A stretch of DNA of 64,000 nt from NCBI GenBank assembly GCA_950097015.1, contig CATNEN010000038.1, positions 5,456,001 to 5,520,000 of the forward strand, read 5' to 3'. The notes beneath the pieces are model-generated. The model searched no databases, was not told where the DNA came from, and saw nothing but the letters and a program-made list of their open reading frames with translations. Below, in pieces: positions 56,294-64,000 of the stretch (its first letter is position 1; the number at the start of each line of letters is the position of its first letter). The position numbers were made by a program, and so were the translations under genes. Source of the DNA: Macrostomum hystrix (taxonomy: Eukaryota > Animalia > Platyhelminthes).

Positions 56294-59200
56294 ATGGATT
56301 TACCATACTGCCAACTGTGTAGTGAATACTTCTACACACCTATCGACTATGAAGCCCATCTTGTGTCTGATGAGCACCTGCAAAGGCTGCTCACTGTTTC
56401 TTTTGGTCAACCAGTGTCAACATCAGCATTAACTGCTGCAAATCAAGAAGATGCAGCTTTAGAGCTTGAACTTGTCCAGTCAGATTTCATTTATGTGCAC
56501 AAGCACACACATCAAATGGCCCAGATCTACAAGGCTTACCAAAACTACATTAGGCAGATAATACCATTCGGGCATAGCTACATTTTGCTACTTGACGCTG
56601 TGCCTCCAAGCATGTGGCAAGGCATGATTTCAGCTTTGAACCAGTATACCGTGTCCTATCCACTATTTGTGCAAAGTGGAACCAAAGGTGTTGCGCCTGG
56701 CAATAAAAGACTTATGGAGTTCGTTTTAGTTGTTGACATAGACTCTTCTACCACTGCAAGTCAGTTAGCTTTTAGCGTTGGCGCTGAAGAGGCGGATGTC
56801 GTACTAATCACAGGTGATGCTGGATCGGATGCTACTGGCTTTCTTCGCATCGGTCGATCAAATCGGCAGGTGGCCCTGGACCGAATTCGTTCAGCCCGCG
56901 TGCCGCCCAGGCAGCGTCAGTTAAATGTATTCGAACTCTGGGGACCTAGCGCCTCGCATGGTGGTGAGACTCGTTCTCCAACTCCACCGCCGATGCAGAC
57001 TTCGCTTTCTACGTCGCCGAAATTAAACAAAGACGTTCCCAGGTTACTTGCTTCTTTGTCTTCTAAAACTAAAAATGTGCCCTCAGCTTCCACTGTACCG
57101 TCTGCACTGCGAAGCAGCGTCCTTCGCGAGGAGCCTCGTCCGCCTTCGCCTAGCCGAAGCAGCAGGTTGCCATCTGCTTCTTTAAGTAGTGGCGGTGGTC
57201 GAGGGCACAGTAGCAGCAGACGCCGGACAGAAGAGAGCAGCAGCCGCCGTGAAAAGTCTCACCGCAGGTCTAGATCGCGTTCGCATGAACGCAAGCGAAG
57301 TCGTAGTAGAAGCCGGTATCGAGACCGAGAGCAAGGAGATAAACGACATAATCATTCTAGAGACCGCTATAGTGATCGAGATCCCGAGCGTGCTCATCAT
57401 CGTGACCGCGATCGCACACGCAGTCGGAATGATACGCAGAGTAGTGTGCATAAGGAACGCAGTCAACGTAACTCCAGTCCTCCATCGACATCAGCAGTGT
57501 CCGCTCGGGAGTCATTTGATATCGACGAATCGCCATGCTATATGCAGCGCTACTGGTCTATGAAATTTGGAGGCATGCCTTATATGGAGATCTCTGGATT
57601 CGATCTTGATGTTGATAGTATCGACTTGGCTGATGCCGTCTCCACCCGCATGGGCGGCATCGAGAGCATCTATGCGTGCGTGAACTTCAAGGATCGGGGA
57701 AAGTGTGTAATTTGCACGTTCAACGATCGGACTCCTATGCCATCAGTCAATGAAGTCAAAGCAAATCTTAAAGACCTCTGCAGCAGCGAAAATCTTTACG
57801 TACAAGAATACACAGAGGGCTCATTTGATAAATTTAAGTTTAACCTTCCTCATAAGTTTTTCTTTGTTCCTTTGACGAAGGCGCGAGCCTTTGAGCCTAT
57901 GTTTCTATTGATTTGGAATATACCAACCAATGTGCACCCGAACCATATTTTGTACAACATGCGTCGATCTATGCCAAGCGCTCGAAGTTTCGTCAGCCCA
58001 CGAATATGTCACAAGTGGCTCCGCGCAAATAAGAAACCTGATGATCAGGTTTCGTTTCGCAATTCCGGATTTGTTGTTGCTAGGTTCAACAATACCGAGG
58101 ACTGCTCAGTTATGATGCAGCGACTAGAGGAGGCCGCTGAAGATGACCTACAGGCCGTGTTCTCAAGTTCGAAGGTCAAATTCTCATTTGTTTGCATGCA
58201 AGAGACTTGTCTGATTCCGCCATTTTCTTTTCCGTGTCACAACATTTTGCTGTGGGATTTGGATGCCGACTGGGACAGCACCAACATCCGCGACGCCTTG
58301 CCTGACCGACCTTTCGTGCCATTTCTGTGCAACTGCCACCCTGACTCTGTGCCGATTGCACCGCACCCATTCTCTCTCGATGCTGCCGCCAAGCACATTG
58401 TTGATCAGCTAGCAGCCGATGGTCCGGCCGTTGTGTGTCAGAAGTTAAATGAACTGCTAAAAATTGAGAGTGACCCTGGATCTGTTTGTGTTGAAAACAA
58501 ACCAAGTTGCGTACCTCCAATCGAGTTAAGTAGCGTTAGGCTCGGATCTACAAGTAGCTACTGGTGTCTGTTGTACGGCCCTGACATTTACTTTTCCGCG
58601 AAAGGCTTTCCATTGTCAATGGACTCGTTGGAAATCGAAGAGATTGTAAAGCGCGTTTGTGATGCCTATTGTGTCTATGTAACAGTTTATCCTCAACCAG
58701 TTCCACAAGTCCTGACGAAGCAAGCAGTGTTTCGCTGCACGTCCGCGTTAAGCTCTCCAACGAGCCAGGTTACCCAGTTCATAAAGCATAAAATCCTGCT
58801 TGAACTAGAAAGGTTGCAAGTATCTCTTACCGATTCGATCTTTGTTACCGAATGGAGTTACCGCACCTGGGAAAAGTTTAAAAACCTGCGCCCTTTTATG
58901 ATTCCATTTTGTCCTTTGCCGAACGGCTACCGAAAGCCGCACTTTATCATGGTGTGGAACATAAACCCGGAGCTTGGCAAGCACGTTTTTGTTCGCAATT
59001 TTTTAAAGAAATATCCCCATGCGCGCAGTGTTACTTCTCCGAATATGCAGCCTGGTCAAGTGTGCCGCAACCCCGAGTATTGTGTGCTGCGTTTCGACGA
59101 TCCGGAAGAATGCATTCGCGCCTACGCCTCAATGCGCTTGATGCCGGAGCAGGAAATCCAAGCCCTTTGCCCCAGGTCAGAGGTACGCTTTATACTATGC

Positions 59201-59497
59201 CGGATGGAGGAGACCTGCTATGTGAGACCTTTCCTATTTCCTTGTCACAACTTCTTTTTCTGGTACGGTCGCAGCGACGATGGCCGCACAAACAACGGTG
59301 ACAAGCTTTTTGTAGAACCTTGGTCCCGGCGATTTGACTGCTCCTGCCATCCATATTGCGAGGCTCTGACGCCTGTAGGACCGCAACTGCTTCGTTTCGC
59401 TCGGATGGTGCACACTGCGGTTGAGAAGTCAACTTGCGAGGCGGTGAAAAACTGTCTGTTGATGTACATCGAGGCGACACAAGAAGCACAAACGTAG
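56294..59497 (+). CDS. Large intronless uncharacterised protein: C2H2 (matrin/U1-like) zinc finger, PIN/NYN-like segment, RS-rich region, two tandem copies of an RRM-like + Cys/His module
   Basis: ~3.2-kb open frame (first ATG 56294); CQLC-x12-H-x5-H; RSRSRS tract; internal repeat ETCLIPPFSFPCHN..CNCHP / ETCYVRPFLFPCHN..CSCHP. Domain names are pattern-level inference. Confidence 0.8.
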   Translation: MDLPYCQLCSEYFYTPIDYEAHLVSDEHLQRLLTVSFGQPVSTSALTAANQEDAALELELVQSDFIYVHKHTHQMAQIYKAYQNYIRQIIPFGHSYILLLDAVPPSMWQGMISALNQYTVSYPLFVQSGTKGVAPGNKRLMEFVLVVDIDSSTTASQLAFSVGAEEADVVLITGDAGSDATGFLRIGRSNRQVALDRIRSARVPPRQRQLNVFELWGPSASHGGETRSPTPPPMQTSLSTSPKLNKDVPRLLASLSSKTKNVPSASTVPSALRSSVLREEPRPPSPSRSSRLPSASLSSGGGRGHSSSRRRTEESSSRREKSHRRSRSRSHERKRSRSRSRYRDREQGDKRHNHSRDRYSDRDPERAHHRDRDRTRSRNDTQSSVHKERSQRNSSPPSTSAVSARESFDIDESPCYMQRYWSMKFGGMPYMEISGFDLDVDSIDLADAVSTRMGGIESIYACVNFKDRGKCVICTFNDRTPMPSVNEVKANLKDLCSSENLYVQEYTEGSFDKFKFNLPHKFFFVPLTKARAFEPMFLLIWNIPTNVHPNHILYNMRRSMPSARSFVSPRICHKWLRANKKPDDQVSFRNSGFVVARFNNTEDCSVMMQRLEEAAEDDLQAVFSSSKVKFSFVCMQETCLIPPFSFPCHNILLWDLDADWDSTNIRDALPDRPFVPFLCNCHPDSVPIAPHPFSLDAAAKHIVDQLAADGPAVVCQKLNELLKIESDPGSVCVENKPSCVPPIELSSVRLGSTSSYWCLLYGPDIYFSAKGFPLSMDSLEIEEIVKRVCDAYCVYVTVYPQPVPQVLTKQAVFRCTSALSSPTSQVTQFIKHKILLELERLQVSLTDSIFVTEWSYRTWEKFKNLRPFMIPFCPLPNGYRKPHFIMVWNINPELGKHVFVRNFLKKYPHARSVTSPNMQPGQVCRNPEYCVLRFDDPEECIRAYASMRLMPEQEIQALCPRSEVRFILCRMEETCYVRPFLFPCHNFFFWYGRSDDGRTNNGDKLFVEPWSRRFDCSCHPYCEALTPVGPQLLRFARMVHTAVEKSTCEAVKNCLLMYIEATQEAQT

Positions 59498-60759
59498 TCC
59501 ATTAGGTGAAGATGCTCTGCATTAGTGTAAGCAACGAAGTGTTAGCTTTGAAACACTGAATCGAATGATTTAGTAGCCTGATGATATGCTTGAAATTGTA
59601 AATGGTTTTGCTTTGGTTTCTTCTGATCTTTACTCTTTTAATTCATCTCACAATCTAAATTACAACTGACATTGTCCTTTATCGTTTTCCTTTGTTACGT
59701 TTCAATCAAGTCAGGATGAAATCAGCACGATCACAGCAGAAATTAAAGTTTTGTTTAGCATTTATGTTTTGTTCTAACTGGTTCAGTTTCTTCAGATTCT
59801 TCAAAAGTCTAGCCCGTTTTGTTACCTATCTTTAAATCGAAAATACAAACTAATGCAGAATTATAGTACCTACTTCATATTGTTTTAATTCAAACTAACA
59901 TTTCTGTTAAGCCCAGCTTTTGTTAAAATTAATTGCTTACTAAGTTTCTAATTGAAATACTTTCAAAAAGCTCAAGTTTTTGCTGGTAAACATTATTCAT
60001 ACGACAACTCTAATTTACATATATTATTTTAGATTACACTAGAAGATTAATTTTTTCCTGGTTTTGAAGGGGCTCGCAATGAGGCTTAATCTGATAGAGG
60101 CACTTAAATTAACTTAGGAGTGGTAAAGCTTGAGAAAAGGAGCTAATTTGGCAAATAAAATAAATTGTACCTACACAATCATTTTTTTTCATTTATTAAA
60201 CAGGCGATGTATTTAGTGCAGGAAACCAGAAAAATTTATACAAATTATAATGTTGTTATTGTATTTGTAATCGAATCGTTAAAAAAATTCCTGTTAACAT
60301 TCTATTGCTAAAGTATCTGTTTGATTTTCCTAAACCATGGCTGCTTTCGACTGTCCGATTGCTTATCAGTGGATTACTGTTATCAATCGTTTTTCACTGA
60401 AATGTTCTGTTCTGTATTCTCATTTTTTATTAATAAATGAAGCAAACATTTTTGCATGCTTTTAAAAGCTAGTAAATTATACACGCCCATAGTTGTTTTT
60501 CTGCTACAATAATGCAAAACGCTGCATGATGACATAGCTTACATCTTCGTTATTAATTTACATACCGGATAGAGATATTTAAAAAACAATAGTGTATCTA
60601 TTGCTTGACACTTACAGTATTAGACTAGATCAGAGCTGCATCTCTGCACTCTTCAGACTTGACACAGGGATATCAAAATTAGGAAAAATCTATTATTTTT
60701 ATATAATTTAGGATTACTTCTAAACACACTTGGTTCGAATCTTCATTAAATAGTTCTGC

Positions 60760-61359
60760 ATGGCAATCGGGCCCGATTTGCAGGCCGCCAATTCCTCTGG
60801 CAGCCAGACAAAATCGGCGACTGGCTCCGCCGACTCGCGCGAGCTCACCCACGAAGACATTGTTTACATAAAGAAGTGCAGAGAAGAAGCTCTGATTTAT
60901 AGCCAAGTGCCACTTACCAGCCTGTTTACTGGCTATGTGCTTTACCGTCAGCGGGCTGGCTACTACAATCACTTGTCATTCGCAGCCGTAGTCGGGCGCT
61001 ACCTGTTCGCCCTGAGCAGCGGCATTGTGCTTGGTGCTGTTGCCTACCTTCCGCTGTGCCTTTCCCGTGTGACTCGCATTGACATGGTTGATAGCGTGCT
61101 CCAGGAGAAGATCCTGCGCCAGAAGTCCAATCAGCAGCTGGATGAAAATTCGAGGCTCCGTGTGCCGGATGTTGGGCCGAACGAGCCATTCCGTGACGCT
61201 TATCTGGAAGCTGTGCGCAACAACGAAGGATTCACCACCTACAGACAGAGGCGGGAATTCTCCAGACAGATGGCGGCTCAGCAGAGGGCCCCGGAGCAGC
61301 AGTCTCAGGCTGCCCAGTCTTCTAACCAGCCGCCTCATTCGTCCCTGACCTGGCAGTAG
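60760..61359 (+). CDS. OCIA domain-containing protein (OCIAD/asrij-like)
   Basis: 199-aa ORF; KKCREEALIYSQVPL, two hydrophobic helices, GAVAYLPLC..DSVLQEKILR and TTYRQRREFSR resemble OCIA family motifs. Confidence 0.72.
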   Translation: MAIGPDLQAANSSGSQTKSATGSADSRELTHEDIVYIKKCREEALIYSQVPLTSLFTGYVLYRQRAGYYNHLSFAAVVGRYLFALSSGIVLGAVAYLPLCLSRVTRIDMVDSVLQEKILRQKSNQQLDENSRLRVPDVGPNEPFRDAYLEAVRNNEGFTTYRQRREFSRQMAAQQRAPEQQSQAAQSSNQPPHSSLTWQ

Positions 61360-61860
61360 TTGGCTTATTGAAGTCATGAAAAAATAGTCTTAGCATTGTG
61401 TACTACCTATCAGAGTTTAAGTTGTTACTTTCGAATTACTGTTAGTGCATATACTATGTTCACGCAACCATGCGGTCATTTTTCAAAGCTTTTTATAGTG
61501 AACACCTTCAACACTAACTATTTGAAAGCAGTTTTTGTGCGAAAAACGTTGCTAGCTGATGTATTTTTGTCCTATAAAACTTAGCAAGTGATATTTCAGT
61601 GTTTTGATAAATGTAAATAACAGCAAATTACAAAGTGCTTGTGACTACACCTAATTGCGTTGTGGTGATTATTGGTCCAATACACATGAACGGCCGATTA
61701 AGTTAACTGGCGTGTTAAAAATTCTTTTTTTATTTTTTCAGTGATTGAATTTGGCCATATTTAATGCTCGAATGAAAACTGACCAGAAAATGTCCACCTT
61801 ATTAGCATATTTTCGAGCCGTCGAAATTCCTCTTTGGGAGTCTCATTCCCTGGTTGGGAT

Positions 61861-64000
61861 ATGAGCAAACGAATAGCTCCGCGTGACTCTTTTACTTCTG
61901 CCCTGCTGCAGGCAACGTCAGCTGACACCGACCTGCAGCAGCGCCGTCAGTCAATATCGCTGGCTGACGAGGCGGTGCCTCTGTCGGAGGAGGACATCCA
62001 GTCCATTGTGTACCGAAGCCCGCTGGTCACTCGCTACGCCAGCCCGGAGATGGCTGGCAATTTCGGTGACAGGAAAAAGTTCACCACCTGGCGCAGGCTG
62101 TGGCTGTGGTTAGCCGAATCGCAGCAGCAGCTTGGCCTGGCCATCAGTGACCGGCAGCTAGCTGAGATGCGAGCCAATCTGGACCGGCTGGACCTTCGCC
62201 TGGCTGCCGAAGAGGAGCGCAAGCGGAAACACGATGTCATGGCTCACGTGCACGCCTTTGCCGCCCAGTGCCCGGCCGCTGCTTCCGTCATCCACTTGGG
62301 TGCGACTTCTGCCTACGTTGGCGACAATACCGACCTGATTTGCCTGCGCGACGCCTTGGACATTTTGCTGCCCAGGTGCGACTTTTGAATTAATAAAATG
62401 CTTGAAAAAAAAACAGTTAGATTCATCCAAAGTCTATCCGTAAAGCATTACACACGGGCAGAGAAACATGCTACCTATCTTGGAGTATCTTCAACGCATT
62501 CAGAGGCTGCGTTCAGTACATGGACCAACTAGCTTCTAATCAAACTGGTTGCCACAATGTACAGCTGGGATATACTGGCAGGGACACAGCTCAGCTTGTG
62601 TCTATACAGCTCAAGGACACATCTTTTGCCAAAATTAAGAATCGAACTCGTGGCCTCTCTCGGTCAGTAATGCGTCGAAAGCTAAAAAACTAGGTCACAA
62701 GCACCCAGTATTTAGCCAAAAAATCGCTGATCATCTTTCACTTTGAGTTGTTTCATACGCTTCTCAAGTGTCACAAACTAAGAAGTCTTTGTAGTATTGT
62801 CTTGGTTTGAAACGACTTTCGAACGCTACGGTCCTTTTTACCAAGTTTGAATTGAGCTGCTCACTAAAGTACACCGCTCACGGCTACTCCGCAGGTTGGC
62901 TGCAGCTGCCTCGGCTCTGGCCAAGTTCGCCAGGCAGTACCGCGATGTGGCCTGCCTCGGCTACACCCACCTGCAGCCGGCCCAGCTGACCACGGTGGGC
63001 AAACGCGCCTGCCTCTGGCTGGCGGATCTCCTGACCGACCTGCGCAATCTGGCGCGCTGTCGCTCGGATCTGCGCTTCCGCGGCGTCAAAGGTACCACGG
63101 GCACTCAAGCCAGCTTTCTGCAGCTGTTCGACGGTAATCACGACCTGGTGGAGCAGCTGGACCAGCTGGTCACGGACAAGGCTGGCTTCCCCTCGGCCTA
63201 CATCGTCACCGGCCAGACCTACAGCCGCAAAGTGGACTCGGAGGTCCTGCTGCAACTGGCCGGCTTCGGCGCCACCGCCCACAAAATTGCTACCGATCTG
63301 CGTCTTCTGGCCTCCTGGAAGGAGATCGAGGAGCCGTTCGAGCGCGACCAGATTGGCTCCTCCGCCATGCCCTACAAGCGGAACCCCATGCGGCTGGAGC
63401 GAGTCTGCGGCCTCGCCCGTCACATCATGATACTGGCTCAGGTGAGCTGACTGCCCGCTGTGGGTGGGCATTGCACCTGGCTATCCTGTCTCCTACCTGT
63501 CTGCCTCCTGCCTGTCTGCCATCTACCTGTCTGTCTCCTACCTGTCTGTCTCCTACCTGTCTGTCTCCTACCTGTCTGTCTCCTACCTGTCTGTCTCCTA
63601 CCTGTCTGTCTCCTACCTGTCTGTCTCCTACCTGTCTGACTCCTACCTGTCTGTCTCCTACCTGTCTGACTCTAGCTGTCTGTCTTCATAGAGTCGGACA
63701 ACTTTAATTCTTCTTACTTTTTTATAATCGTTTTATTCCCTGATAAAACGGAATATAGCAACAGTTTTTAACCCGGCCCATCCCGCCAGGACGCCCTGAT
63801 GACCCACTCGGTGCAGTGGATGGAGCGCTCTCTAGACGACTCCAGCAATCGGCGGCTGAGCATCCCGGAGGCGTTCCTAGCCGCCGACATTGTCTGCAGC
63901 ATTCTGGGCACCGTATTCGACGGCCTAGTAGTGTATCCAATGGTCATTCAGAGGCGCGTTAATAGCGAACTGCCATTCATGGCCACAGAGAACATTTTGG
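61861..64000 (+). CDS. ADSL: Adenylosuccinate lyase (3' end outside window)
   Basis: Exons 61861-62375, 62895-63441, 63790->64000. [53 protein letters not shown] signature, [10 protein letters not shown]. Confidence 0.96.
63485..63672. repeat. 15-bp minisatellite in ADSL intron
   Basis: (CCTACCTGTCTGTCT)n, about 12 copies. Confidence 0.9.

Overview
Eukaryotic (animal) genomic DNA with short GT-AG introns, abundant minisatellites and retroelements. The Pro-Ala type nicotinic subunit and general style suggest a flatworm such as Macrostomum (inference, not verified). Genes in order: 3' half of an otoferlin-like ferlin (+) with two alternative transmembrane-coding last exons; intronless ankyrin-repeat gene (-); peroxidasin-like Ig+heme peroxidase (+); non-alpha, probably anion-selective nAChR subunit (+); orphan single-pass Ig-like receptor (-); UBE2Z-like E2 (-); a large intronless ZnF/PIN-like/RS/duplicated RRM-like orphan (+); OCIA-domain gene (+); adenylosuccinate lyase (+, runs off the window). 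Repeats: a ~10.5 kb 35-bp satellite, 34/16/15-bp minisatellites, two tRNA-derived SINE families, two near-identical inverted LINE 3' fragments, one RNase H-type LINE 3' end with TSD, an internally deleted Gypsy-type LTR element and a MITE-like element. Most interesting: the orphan RNA-binding protein architecture, vertebrate-like duplicated otoferlin tail exons, SINE insertions whose TSDs duplicate splice sites, and a SINE/LINE shared 3' stem-loop. Exon structures were assembled by eye from splice signals and reading-frame phase; no database searches were run.
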